Shown in pieces: positions 19,021 through 28,434 of a DNA stretch of 64,000 bases. The position numbers and the translations under genes are program-made. The DNA is taken from IMG/VR virus record IMGVR_UViG_3300048631_000217; one strand, 5' to 3'. Numbering within the stretch: the stretch's first letter is position 1; each line of letters opens with the position of its first letter. Source of the stretch: a virus. Taxonomy: Duplodnaviria > Caudoviricetes. The notes below the pieces were generated by a model. The model did not search any database. It saw only the letters and a program-made list of their open reading frames with translations, and had not been told where the DNA came from.

Positions 19021-20267
19021 TCCAGTTTAGACAGGAGCATTTCTTGTGTATATTCACTTTCAACAAAGTTATTGTTGATTGACTCTATGAGATACTTACC
19101 CGAGACAGGATTGCGTCTTTTCTCATCCGTCAATGTGCTTATCTCAGGTAGGGCGAAATCGACCACCATACCTGCCGTAATGGTATTTCTCCCATAGACC
19201 TTGATTGTGATTTGAGAACGTTTCTTGTGGGCAAAATACATGAATTTGTTTGGTAGGATTTCGTCATAATGAGTCATTGTCTGCATACCGAAACGGTTGC
19301 CGGTCGATTGATCCGCATAATCCTTGAAGATGACCGGGCCTTCCGTCCTTTCCGAAAGGTAATCGTCAACAAAGTCTTTGCTATGCTTTTCCTTAGAGAC
19401 ACGATCAAATTTTGGAAATCCATCCTTGATATCGGTATAACCTATCTCATTTCTTTTGATACTCTGATTCAGGATATCGACTTCAAGGAAACGTCTCTTG
19501 TAGGAACCTGTCGCTAATTCGACCATGGAATCTGCCCGACTGGCCTCGTGATATGAAATCGTCTGGTTCATCATGACGGTTAAACCTTCGCCGTCGAAAC
19601 TGCCTTCGCTGTTGTAGAAGAACTTGACTGGATTATCGGAATATTTCTCTATCATGTAATCGTCTGTGACGAAATAGAATCTGTCCCGTGTTTCAAAGAA
19701 CCTGAAAGACTGCGAACCTCTCTCCGACGAATATGCCCGTTGTGCCAGAAAGTGCATGACACGTTCGGGGGTCATGTTCGGAATGACGAAAGTGTAATCA
19801 CCTTCGGTATCCTCAATCTCTATACCCTTTTCCCCCATGGAATAGAATTCGTCAAACACCGCCTTGACGATATCGCTGATACGCCCCCTGTAAGCCTTGC
19901 TGATTTTGACAGTCTCGGAAAGAAGCTTCTCGGGGCTTGTATAATGGACCTTGTACAGATTTCCGGTGCCGGTCTTGTTCGGTTCGATATCTGTGACCGC
20001 AAACAGGCTGAGCCTGTCGGTCCTTTGGGTGTCAAGGGAATCCCTTTGGGTGAAGGTGAGGGTTTCTTCGCCTCTTAATGGGAAGCTTGATAGCAGGTTG
20101 ATCGTATCAAGAATGGATGCCGTTCCTCGAATAGAACCCAATGACATGCTTTCCGTCACTGTTGCAATATGCAACATGTTGCGAATATCTTCTTTGTCGT
20201 TTCCTCGGTAATCCTCTATCTGCAATCGGTCCAGAAGAAACCTGCCCGGTTGAATTCTGTTAACCAT
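19005..20267 (-). CDS. Baseplate hub protein (gp27-like)
   Basis: PLRGEE, FVIPNMTP, FRFFETR, SGKYLI; sits between gp53 and gp5. Confidence 0.65.
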   Translation of the reverse strand: MVNRIQPGRFLLDRLQIEDYRGNDKEDIRNMLHIATVTESMSLGSIRGTASILDTINLLSSFPLRGEETLTFTQRDSLDTQRTDRLSLFAVTDIEPNKTGTGNLYKVHYTSPEKLLSETVKISKAYRGRISDIVKAVFDEFYSMGEKGIEIEDTEGDYTFVIPNMTPERVMHFLAQRAYSSERGSQSFRFFETRDRFYFVTDDYMIEKYSDNPVKFFYNSEGSFDGEGLTVMMNQTISYHEASRADSMVELATGSYKRRFLEVDILNQSIKRNEIGYTDIKDGFPKFDRVSKEKHSKDFVDDYLSERTEGPVIFKDYADQSTGNRFGMQTMTHYDEILPNKFMYFAHKKRSQITIKVYGRNTITAGMVVDFALPEISTLTDEKRRNPVSGKYLIESINNNFVESEYTQEMLLSKLEWNEE

Positions 20268-20826
20268 TGATCACCCTTTGCAACTCATCTTGAAATCTTT
20301 GTAGATACACCTTGTTGACCAAGGTAATGACACGCTTACTCTCATTCAAGGCGACTTCGTAATCATAGACCCGAACCGGAATCCATTCCGATGCGACGTA
20401 ATCCGCCGAATACTTTACGGTATCCGGGGATATCTTCATATTCGGATCGTCCTTGTTTACGTAATGTACGATATTGTCATCAATATCCGTGTTCATTGTC
20501 CAACGTATCACGTCATTGCCAATCGTGCCGGATTTCTCCTGATACTTCTTTATCAGGTAGTTTTCGAACACTTCATCATTCATCAGCCATTGGGTATAAG
20601 GGTCTATGATATCGTTTGCAAGATATACCAACCAGACATAGGAAGCCGATCCGTAATAGTGATAGGCAATCAATTCAGGTCTTTCGTCTCCGGTAATCGT
20701 ATATGGTAGATAGACATACGGATCTCCGGTCAAGGTATCCGGTATCTTGACACGTCTCTTGATATCCCGAATTACCTTGCCGGAATATAATGCCTTCGGG
20801 AATGCCTCAAAATAGTTATTCCTCAT
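20260..20826 (-). CDS. gp53: Baseplate wedge protein gp53
   Basis: YF..FP; ERPELIAYHYYG...WLVYLANDIIDP; YDYE..LNESKR. Confidence 0.88.
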   Translation of the reverse strand: MRNNYFEAFPKALYSGKVIRDIKRRVKIPDTLTGDPYVYLPYTITGDERPELIAYHYYGSASYVWLVYLANDIIDPYTQWLMNDEVFENYLIKKYQEKSGTIGNDVIRWTMNTDIDDNIVHYVNKDDPNMKISPDTVKYSADYVASEWIPVRVYDYEVALNESKRVITLVNKVYLQRFQDELQRVING

Positions 20827-21719
20827 TCGTAATCCTCTGTCGTGTGAATACTCGTTTCGATAAGCTGTAGAGACATGTTGACGAATGCGGGTTTACCGCC
20901 TTGTAGAATGGCATGGCCACCTGTCGGCGTATAATCCATGGCCATTGACTGCACCAGACATCTTTTGAAATAGTAGAAATAGCCGGGGTCAATTCCGACA
21001 AAGAATAAATCGACCATACTCGGATATCTCAAAACGGTTCGGCTGGCGATTGTCGCTCCATCGCCGACGAATTTCGGTGTTATCTCGCGTCTAAGGAAAT
21101 TCTGGATACTCCGCAGCTTGTCGGATTCTTCTCTGGATTTCGGCGCAAATGACCATGCCAGAGTGTGATTTCGCAGGTTCATCCCGTCGAAGTTGACGGC
21201 GACATGTGGGTTCATGGCCGTTCCTAGACCAACATCAACCGCCGCAGATGCAGTTGGCGAAATCCTATCCAACTGGTTCCTCAACAGGAATTTGGTAGCA
21301 CTGCCCCATTCCGAAAAAGATGACAAAGGGTTGTTCTTATCGAAATCGCTCGTCACATCATTGTAAGCGTCGATTATACCCTTTACCAAACTGGCTCCCA
21401 ACGATTCAGGAGTCGCCTCCCCTCTACCAGCATTATCTACGCCTTTGGCAATGGTATTCCCCAACGTTTTCAAATCTACCCCGTTCATTCTAACGTCGAA
21501 GCTTTCTGTCAGGTTTGACGGCAATGGCAGAACAATTGACCCCCTATTGTTGATAGTGTTCTGGGCCGGGGTTTGCGAAAAGCTGTAGTTCTTGAAATTC
21601 AAGACTATGGCATGTGCCCCCAAATCATCAGGAAACCGATAGAATACGTTACCGTGTTTCTGGCGGCGTGATTCCTCGATTACCGATTTAGGTGGTTTGA
21701 TAAGCGAACGGTTCTGCAT
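20823..21719 (-). CDS. gp48: Baseplate tail-tube cap gp48
   Basis: IVLPLP; NPH...FDGMNLRNH...SFAPKSREE; LRYP; divergent from gp4. Confidence 0.8.
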   Translation of the reverse strand: MQNRSLIKPPKSVIEESRRQKHGNVFYRFPDDLGAHAIVLNFKNYSFSQTPAQNTINNRGSIVLPLPSNLTESFDVRMNGVDLKTLGNTIAKGVDNAGRGEATPESLGASLVKGIIDAYNDVTSDFDKNNPLSSFSEWGSATKFLLRNQLDRISPTASAAVDVGLGTAMNPHVAVNFDGMNLRNHTLAWSFAPKSREESDKLRSIQNFLRREITPKFVGDGATIASRTVLRYPSMVDLFFVGIDPGYFYYFKRCLVQSMAMDYTPTGGHAILQGGKPAFVNMSLQLIETSIHTTEDYE

Positions 21720-21730
21720 AGCCTCTTTCT

Positions 21731-21760
21731 CTAAATATAGGGATATCCTATTCTATTTAT
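21731..21760. promoter_or_regulatory. Divergent T4-type late promoters (CTAAATA on +, ATAAATA on -)
   Basis: Resemble the T4 TATAAATA late box; lie between divergent structural genes; CTAAATA also on the minus strand at 12412, 31421, 34278 and 48124. Confidence 0.55.
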
Positions 21761-21770
21761 CGAAAGACGC

Positions 21771-22229
21771 ATGGCCAAATATCATCAGGGGCGTTTCAGA
21801 CCAAAGAACCCACAGAAATACCGGGGCGATCCTAGGAACATCATCTATAGAAGTTCTTGGGAATTGAAGGTGTGTAGAAAGCTTGACCTACATCCTGACG
21901 TTATCGAATGGGGGTCCGAAGAATTGGTCATTCCTTATCGGTCCCCGATAGACGGCAAGATGCACAGATACTTCACTGATTTCATTGTAAAACGCAAAGA
22001 TCAATTCGGAAACATTGCCACAATCGTTCTGGAAGTCAAACCGAAAAAGCAGACCTTACCTCCCGACAAGAGCAAGGGAAAGACGCCTACCGGACGATAC
22101 AAGAGAAGCTTTTTGCGTGAGGTTGCCACATTCCAGATAAATAGACGGAAATGGGAAGCCGCCGAAGATTTCTGCCGAAGCCGGGGTTGGCATTTCCAGA
22201 TATTGACCGAAGACGATATAGGAGTCTGA
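21771..22229 (+). CDS. gp4: Head completion nuclease gp4
   Basis: PKNPQKYRGDP.NIIYRSSWE, WGSEE, HRYFTDF, EVKP, KWEAA. Confidence 0.93.
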   Translation: MAKYHQGRFRPKNPQKYRGDPRNIIYRSSWELKVCRKLDLHPDVIEWGSEELVIPYRSPIDGKMHRYFTDFIVKRKDQFGNIATIVLEVKPKKQTLPPDKSKGKTPTGRYKRSFLREVATFQINRRKWEAAEDFCRSRGWHFQILTEDDIGV

Positions 22230-22232
22230 TAA

Positions 22233-22826
22233 GTGACCGTTATTCAAAATGCGCTGAAACGGGCCGCGAATGCCGGGGTTGCCAATGACCAGAGCAAGGA
22301 ATCGGTAGCATGGTTTCGCAAGAACCTGCGGAAAACGGCTATCAACCCGTCTCGTCTTATTCGGGAAGAACGCGAAAACCTGATCGGCAACTGGCGCAAT
22401 CTTGGTATCGGCAAGATGTATCAATTCTTCTATGATCCGAAATGGAAGAACGAACTACCATACTATGACCAATTCCCGCTGATGATCCCGATCCATTTCT
22501 ATGAAGACGGCCCCTTGGGTATCAATCTCCATTACCTTCCCCCAGTCTTGCGGGCAAAATTGTTCGATGAATTATTGGCGGTCCAGAATAACCCGAAATA
22601 CGATGACCGCAAGAGAATGGTCATCAGCTATGGAATCCTGAAAGGTGCCTCGAAATTCGCCCCGTTCAAACCATGCCTGAAGAGATATCTCGGAAAGCAT
22701 TTCAGATCACGGTTCCTGCGAATTCCCCATGAACAATGGGTTGTCGCGGCATTCCTTCCGACCGAAACATTCATCAAGGCCACGAAAGATACTGTGTGGT
22801 CAGATTCAAGAAAGATGCTCAAATGA
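22233..22826 (+). CDS. gp2: DNA end protector protein gp2
   Basis: GKMYQFFYDPK...LPYYDQFPL; GINLHYLPP; CLKRYL. Confidence 0.9.
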   Translation: MTVIQNALKRAANAGVANDQSKESVAWFRKNLRKTAINPSRLIREERENLIGNWRNLGIGKMYQFFYDPKWKNELPYYDQFPLMIPIHFYEDGPLGINLHYLPPVLRAKLFDELLAVQNNPKYDDRKRMVISYGILKGASKFAPFKPCLKRYLGKHFRSRFLRIPHEQWVVAAFLPTETFIKATKDTVWSDSRKMLK

Positions 22827-23569
22827 CATTCAGTATTTCCGAATTCACATCGAAGCTTGGACGGGATGGATTAGCCAAGAGCAACGTCTTCATCGTCCGA
22901 TTGACGGCATTACCGAATACCTTGTCTGGCAAGATGACCGGAAACGAATTGGTGTTCTTCTGTAAGACGGCTGATATCCCGTCCATGGCTATCACGACCA
23001 ATGAACATATGCCGCAAGGATTTGGTAAGAGGGAACAACGACCGACTGGCATATCCCTGCCGTCTATCTCGACAGTGTTCATGGTAGATTCCAACCACAA
23101 GGTTCTTGAATTCTTTCACGCATGGATGCAAACGATTGTCAACTATGATACGTCTGCCGGTATCCTGTCGGAAGTTGATGGAAGATTGCCCTATGAGATA
23201 GCCTACAAGACTGATTATGTCGCGCAGATGGAAGTTCACTTCTTTTCTCCTAACGATCCGAACCGCTATTACACCTACCAGTTTTCGAACGTGCATCCGG
23301 TAGAGGTAGGCAACCTCAGCCTTTCTTGGGAGAGTAATGACGAAATCGCCACGCTTCCGGTATCCTTCGCCTATGACAGTCTGACAGTAGACGGTAGCCG
23401 TTCGGGTATCGTGACCGGCGGAATGAACCGGGGGCCGGGATTGTTCGAATACATAGCATCCCTCAATTCATATGTACAGGTAATCAAGGGTATCCGAAAA
23501 CCGCAGGGAATTCAAGATCTCGTCAATACCTATACAACCGTCAATCGTATATTCAATAACCTATTCTAA
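22823..23569 (+). CDS. gp54: Tail tube initiator gp54 / tube-like protein
   Basis: GLAKSNVF; FFHAWMQ; P..VG.LSLSW; start re-placed at ATG 22823, overlapping the gp2 stop. Confidence 0.7.
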   Translation: MTFSISEFTSKLGRDGLAKSNVFIVRLTALPNTLSGKMTGNELVFFCKTADIPSMAITTNEHMPQGFGKREQRPTGISLPSISTVFMVDSNHKVLEFFHAWMQTIVNYDTSAGILSEVDGRLPYEIAYKTDYVAQMEVHFFSPNDPNRYYTYQFSNVHPVEVGNLSLSWESNDEIATLPVSFAYDSLTVDGSRSGIVTGGMNRGPGLFEYIASLNSYVQVIKGIRKPQGIQDLVNTYTTVNRIFNNLF

Positions 23570-23584
23570 GGATAATCCGTCATC

Positions 23585-24286
23585 ATGAAAAAGAAGCTGC
23601 CAAAGATAGAACATCCTATCTTCACTGTAAAGGTTCCGTGTCTTGACAAGGAAATCAATTTCCGGCCATTTACAGCCAAGGAAGAAAAGATTTTCCTGAT
23701 GGCACGGGAATCCGGGGATTCAAAACAAATCGCATTAGCCTTGAAACAGGTTATTGGGAACTGCCTTGTCAATGATGATATTGAGGATATTCCCCTATCC
23801 GATGTGGAATACCTGTTTATCAACATCAGGTCAAAATCTATCAATAACGTGATCGAATTCAGTATCAAAGGGGAAGACGGGAAGTCTATTCCTTTATCGT
23901 TCAATCTTGAAGACGCCAAAACCATGAAATCCGATGATCACGACAAGGTTATCAGAATTAGCGATAGCATGTCATTGGTCATGAAATACCCGACAATTGA
24001 TAGCCTGTATAGCGTGATTGAGGATATTCAGAACGAATCCGCCCAACTTGAATTGGCCCTAAGCTGTATCGACTACATTGCCGTTGATGACGAGATATTC
24101 GATCTTAAAGACTATAGCAAGGAAGAGATTGAAGAATTCGTTGACGATTTTGATGAATCCACTCTGAACAAGATATCCAAGTTCTTTGAAACAACACCAT
24201 ACACCTATTTTGAAATTGCCTACAAGGATTCTAAAGGGGAAGACAAGGTATTCACGGTAAGGGGAACAGACAATTTTTTTACCTAA
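23585..24286 (+). CDS. gp26: Baseplate hub assembly protein gp26
   Basis: LPKI..P; FRPFTAKEEKI; DVEYLFINIRSKS; MKYPT; ends NFFT. Confidence 0.88.
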   Translation: MKKKLPKIEHPIFTVKVPCLDKEINFRPFTAKEEKIFLMARESGDSKQIALALKQVIGNCLVNDDIEDIPLSDVEYLFINIRSKSINNVIEFSIKGEDGKSIPLSFNLEDAKTMKSDDHDKVIRISDSMSLVMKYPTIDSLYSVIEDIQNESAQLELALSCIDYIAVDDEIFDLKDYSKEEIEEFVDDFDESTLNKISKFFETTPYTYFEIAYKDSKGEDKVFTVRGTDNFFT

Positions 24287-24450
24287 TGCTGAGTCATAGC
24301 AATCTGGCAACGTATTACCGGATGAACTTTGACTTGGCACAACATCACAAATGGGACATATCCACAATCGAAAACATGTTACCATTCGAACGGGATTTGT
24401 ATTTCGATATGCTGATAGAATATCTGGAAAGAAAGAAAGATGAACAATAA
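24286..24450 (+). CDS. gp51: Baseplate hub assembly catalyst gp51 (54 aa)
   Basis: Manual translation MLSHSNLATYYRMNFDLAQHHKWDISTIENMLPFERDLYFDMLIEYLERKKDEQ. Confidence 0.85.
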   Translation: MLSHSNLATYYRMNFDLAQHHKWDISTIENMLPFERDLYFDMLIEYLERKKDEQ

Positions 24451-24703
24451 CGAAACATGGGTTCAAAACAGGTGGCGACCGGCATTAGGTTGGTCATATG
24501 TCATGGTGTGTTTGTTCGATTTCATCATAGCGCCCCTGTTATGGGGGTATTTCCAGATGGATAACGGCATCACTCCTGTAACGGTTTGGGAACCCCTGAC
24601 CCTGCAATACAATGGCCTGTATCATATGGCCATGGGTGCGGTATTGGGGGTCACATCATGGTCGCGTGGACAAGAGAAAATCAACGGGGCAGCAGGAAAG
24701 TAA
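24440..24703 (+). CDS. Membrane protein, 3TM-holin-like
   Basis: WRPALGWSY motif, hydrophobic segments, LG...SRGQEK C-terminus. Confidence 0.6.
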   Translation: MNNNETWVQNRWRPALGWSYVMVCLFDFIIAPLLWGYFQMDNGITPVTVWEPLTLQYNGLYHMAMGAVLGVTSWSRGQEKINGAAGK

Positions 24704-24704
24704 G

Positions 24705-26207
24705 ATGGAAGACGACAAGAAAAAAACAGACGAAAACCTGTTGAAAGCCATTGACGACAGGTTAACCAATGAAGGTCAGTTGATCCGAAATACTGGCAAG
24801 AATTCCTTGAAGTCAATCAAGGATAAGATGACCAATGAAGGACAACTTGTAAGGAATACTGGCAAGAATTCCTTGAAATCCATCAAGGACACCTTGAACG
24901 TCAATTTCGAACGCCTGACACCGCTTTTCGAAAGTATGAGCAAGAGCATGTCCTTGCAGAGCGGTTTCATGGAAAACATGGTCAAGCAACAGGTAGAGTA
25001 TACGGAATCTGTCAAGCGGGAAAGAGATTTACAAGACCTTGAACCCGAAAAACCTGCCGAAAAACGGGCGGAACCTGATAGGGATGATGACAGGGACGAT
25101 GATCGTCCCGAAAAATCTTCACGATCCCCATGGGCATCTATCGGTAGCCTGCTAGGGCAATTCGTCTTGTCAAAGTTGGCTTTAGGGGCTGTCGGGGCCA
25201 TGGCATTCAGCTACCTTACAAGATTCTTGTCGTCTGCGGTTCAAGAAGGTGTAAAAGCAGCTTTTCCAAATCTCGAAAACTACATCAAGAAAATAGCCGA
25301 TTACTTGGGCGTCGAAAATGTCGATCCAGAAAAGGTTGTGAAAAAGGGCGCAAATACGGCTATCGGTGCCGGGTTGGGTAGGATGTTGGGAAGGTTTCTC
25401 CCCCCGCCATTAAGAATACCCGCAATGCTTCTGGGCGGTGTCATGGGATACAACACCGGAGAAGACAAAAGCTGGAATGATATGGCCATGGAAGCCTTTT
25501 TAGGATTCGGGGCGTTGAAGGGTCTAAACGGGTTCCGCAAAGGTGTATGGGGCTTGGGTAAACGATTGCTTGGTGTCGGTACAGGATCGGCAGCAACCTC
25601 AGCCGCCGAAGGCGTTGTCGGCAGAACGGCCTTAATGAGATCTATGCCGTGGCTAGCAAGAGCATTGGGAATCGGGGCAGGACTCGCCAGCGGCCCGGCC
25701 ATGGCAGGTATGTACGCAGTCATTCCGACCGATGCGGGCGACGGTACACGTAAAGACCAAAGTTATGACGAATGGGCAATGAAGATGCGGGGACAGGGCA
25801 AGATACCGTATCGTGAATTGTATGAAAATCCATGGGCGTCCGAAGATGATATGAAGGCACGTGTCGAAACAGGGCCTGCCAAAGTGCGTCCACGTCCGAA
25901 GCCTGAAGTGACAGGTTTAGACAAACAGATTGAAAATCAGATCATGGATATGTTCACGGCTCCCAAAATCGAACCGTTGCCTAGTGATCGACAATCATAC
26001 AAGGATGTTGAACCATCACAGAACAAGCGAGCCGAACGATTGAATTCGGCTACCGAATCCATGTCGAAACGTGCTGCACCCGTTATCGTCAAGGGAGGAA
26101 GTAACATGCAGGGCGGGAACGTCTACAACTCCACCTCAACCGTCATCAATAACATGAAAGATGCCTTGTCAACCCTTGATCCGTTTATTAACCGATACGG
26201 GTATTGA
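24705..26207 (+). CDS. Putative tape-measure/hub (gp29-like) protein
   Basis: Helical, Gly/Ala-rich; follows gp26/gp51; 22-aa tandem repeat at 24765-24890. Confidence 0.5.
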   Translation: MEDDKKKTDENLLKAIDDRLTNEGQLIRNTGKNSLKSIKDKMTNEGQLVRNTGKNSLKSIKDTLNVNFERLTPLFESMSKSMSLQSGFMENMVKQQVEYTESVKRERDLQDLEPEKPAEKRAEPDRDDDRDDDRPEKSSRSPWASIGSLLGQFVLSKLALGAVGAMAFSYLTRFLSSAVQEGVKAAFPNLENYIKKIADYLGVENVDPEKVVKKGANTAIGAGLGRMLGRFLPPPLRIPAMLLGGVMGYNTGEDKSWNDMAMEAFLGFGALKGLNGFRKGVWGLGKRLLGVGTGSAATSAAEGVVGRTALMRSMPWLARALGIGAGLASGPAMAGMYAVIPTDAGDGTRKDQSYDEWAMKMRGQGKIPYRELYENPWASEDDMKARVETGPAKVRPRPKPEVTGLDKQIENQIMDMFTAPKIEPLPSDRQSYKDVEPSQNKRAERLNSATESMSKRAAPVIVKGGSNMQGGNVYNSTSTVINNMKDALSTLDPFINRYGY

Positions 26208-26267
26208 CTTTGGGTAACTTTGACCCTATATTAAAGGTATAGAGTTAGACAAGAAAGGTTTTGAAAA

Positions 26268-26411
26268 ATGTCCAAATACGGTATCGCTTCGTTCGCCTTC
26301 TTTTGGGGGGTATGGACCAATGATATTGCCTATGTTGCCGCGTTGACGACTCTTCTCGTCAGCCTGTCTTACATGACTTTCAATCAGAAACGTCAGGCAG
26401 TGAAAGAATAA
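26268..26411 (+). CDS. Small membrane protein (47 aa) with its own early promoter
   Basis: MSKYGIASFAFFWGVWTNDIAYVAALTTLLVSLSYMTFNQKRQAVKE; TTGACT-17-TATATT upstream; hairpin at 26410-26437. Confidence 0.6.
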   Translation: MSKYGIASFAFFWGVWTNDIAYVAALTTLLVSLSYMTFNQKRQAVKE

Positions 26412-26441
26412 GGCGGTAGGTTTCCCCACCGCCTTTCTTAA

Positions 26442-27374
26442 TCAATCTTCGGCAAGTCCCTTGAAGAATGCCATTTCGTCGTCATCCTCTTCCTCAGTTT
26501 CAGGAATAGGATCGGGTTCCTTGGTCTTGGTAGACTTGTTATCGAAATCAGGAATTTCGTCATCCATTTCGCCCATGGGTGAATGTTTCGAATCGTTCGA
26601 AGGGGCAACTTCACCAGACAGACCCAAAGCTTTGTAGAAAAGCTTCTTCAACTCGTCATACGACTTGAATTCAGACGGGGCGATCAGCGGCTTCAACGGG
26701 TATGCCTGTTTCCAGATCTTTTCCATAGCCTCTTCATCTTCGGCTAGGGGCGATGCGGCGTCAAACGTCGATTTGTCATAACTCCGCATGTTGTTACTGC
26801 CGTTGTAGCATTTCAATCGAAGGTTCTTGCCCTCAATTGGGTCAAACACATCACATGGTTCAAAATCTGGATCGGGCACTTCCGGGGAAACCTGTTCCTG
26901 AATCATCTTGAAGATGGAATTCCCGTAGCGGTATAAGAATACCTTACCTTCGTTCTCGGGATTGGCCGGGTCTTTGATGACAAGGATATTCGACACGAAA
27001 TGCTTGTTCAGGCGAATCTTACGAGCCTTGTCCTTGTTTTCCTCAATACCGCTGTTCCACAGGGCTGAGGTGTATTCAAAGACCGGATCGGTTACACCAA
27101 GGGTATAGAGTGATTTTTCGATATACCATCCGCCTTTGCCTTTGAAGCCGTAGTCCATGTATTTGATGAACGGGCTATCTTCGTCTTCCCCCGGCGGTTG
27201 GGGTAGGAACCGAATGACCGCGAAGCCGTTACCGGCCTTGTCGGTGTCTAGTTTCCAGAAACGTTCATCGGTCGGGCGGTTGCCGCCTTTCGTGACGCTG
27301 TTAATATTGTCCGTCAGCTTCTGTAAGTTCGAAGTGCGGTTTTTTAGAATGTTGCTAAAGTTTGTGGGCATCAA
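26442..27374 (-). CDS. gp32: Single-stranded DNA-binding protein gp32
   Basis: DERFWKLDTDKAGNGFAVIRFLP; SNILVIKDPANPENEGKVFLY; acidic tail. Confidence 0.95.
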   Translation of the reverse strand: MMPTNFSNILKNRTSNLQKLTDNINSVTKGGNRPTDERFWKLDTDKAGNGFAVIRFLPQPPGEDEDSPFIKYMDYGFKGKGGWYIEKSLYTLGVTDPVFEYTSALWNSGIEENKDKARKIRLNKHFVSNILVIKDPANPENEGKVFLYRYGNSIFKMIQEQVSPEVPDPDFEPCDVFDPIEGKNLRLKCYNGSNNMRSYDKSTFDAASPLAEDEEAMEKIWKQAYPLKPLIAPSEFKSYDELKKLFYKALGLSGEVAPSNDSKHSPMGEMDDEIPDFDNKSTKTKEPDPIPETEEEDDDEMAFFKGLAED

Positions 27375-27386
27375 TGTTTTCCTTAG

Positions 27387-28004
27387 TTAGTCGTTGTTTT
27401 TCACATAATCAAATCTTTCAAGAACCACTTGCCTCATATCCGACAGGCGATAGTTCATGAATGGTCGGTATCGTTCACATGTCTTATTTATGCCCGGCCA
27501 GATGACCGGATCTTGTATCTTCTCATTCCACACCCGGAACATGCCGGTGATGGAGTCAAGAATGATAAGGGTTTCGATACAAACCTTACCATTGATATAC
27601 ATTGTCAAGAGTTTCGGATGTTGACCGTCTGTAACTATGAAGTTAGATTTCGCATCATCATCCAGACGGTTGATATCAGTCTTGAACGTATATCGCAAGC
27701 TTTGTTTGCGTCTGAGGTAGTCTTTTAACACCTCTTCGGCCTTGTCTTTCTGGTTGACGAGATTGCCGATATACAGGTTAGGGTCTACAAGGATGTTGGA
27801 CAGGATGTAGGGTTCCCAATCGTCTCGTTTCGACAGTTTGTAGAAAAAGAACCTGTCCTTGCGCCGGTCGAATGTTTCTATCTTGGTACTGGTCTTGCCA
27901 CCATACTTGAAATAATCATATCGCCCCTGAAAATGGTTCTTGACGGCGACGTAGTATGTAAAGACCTTGAACCCCTTTTCCTTGGAATAATAGTCATCAA
28001 TCAT
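27387..28004 (-). CDS. gp59: Helicase loader gp59
   Basis: YVAVKNHF..YDYFKYGGK; RKDRFFFYKL; IETLIILD; gp33-59-32 order. Confidence 0.88.
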   Translation of the reverse strand: MIDDYYSKEKGFKVFTYYVAVKNHFQGRYDYFKYGGKTSTKIETFDRRKDRFFFYKLSKRDDWEPYILSNILVDPNLYIGNLVNQKDKAEEVLKDYLRRKQSLRYTFKTDINRLDDDAKSNFIVTDGQHPKLLTMYINGKVCIETLIILDSITGMFRVWNEKIQDPVIWPGINKTCERYRPFMNYRLSDMRQVVLERFDYVKNND

Positions 28005-28221
28005 CGTATAGGGGTCTAGTTGATGACTTGGCGACCATATTGAGCCGTTCGGCGTCACGCCGCAAATGTGCCGTCATCTGTTCAGACGATTTGATGATAT
28101 CCGCGACGACTTCGACTTCTATACCTTTTCTCTCGGCGTATTCAACCGCCGCATCAATGAACGATAATCCGCCATTGACATACTTCATAATTTCTTTAAG
28201 AACAATCAAATCCTTACTCAA
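27997..28221 (-). CDS. gp33: Late transcription coactivator gp33
   Basis: SFIDAAVEYAERKGIEVE...DAERLNM; synteny. Confidence 0.8.
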   Translation of the reverse strand: MSKDLIVLKEIMKYVNGGLSFIDAAVEYAERKGIEVEVVADIIKSSEQMTAHLRRDAERLNMVAKSSTRPLYDD

Positions 28222-28224
28222 AAG

Positions 28225-28413
28225 TCACCCGTTCAGTTGCACGATCTCATTGAGCCATTGCGCGGCCTTTGCTTCGGCTAGGGACAGGGTTTCGACCATT
28301 TCTTGACGGGTCGGGGAACCTTCTGCATCGAAGAATTCAACGCGATAGGTATTGGCTTCCTTGTGGATGGATACATGTCCCCGATTCGGGTCGGCGATTT
28401 GTCTCACTAACAT
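28225..28413 (-). CDS. Hypothetical protein
   Basis: Start re-placed at ATG 28413 (MLVRQIADP) behind AAGAGG; the longer start lies inside the tmRNA. Confidence 0.6.
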   Translation of the reverse strand: MLVRQIADPNRGHVSIHKEANTYRVEFFDAEGSPTRQEMVETLSLAEAKAAQWLNEIVQLNG

Positions 28414-28434
28414 ATCATTATACCTCTTGTTTTG

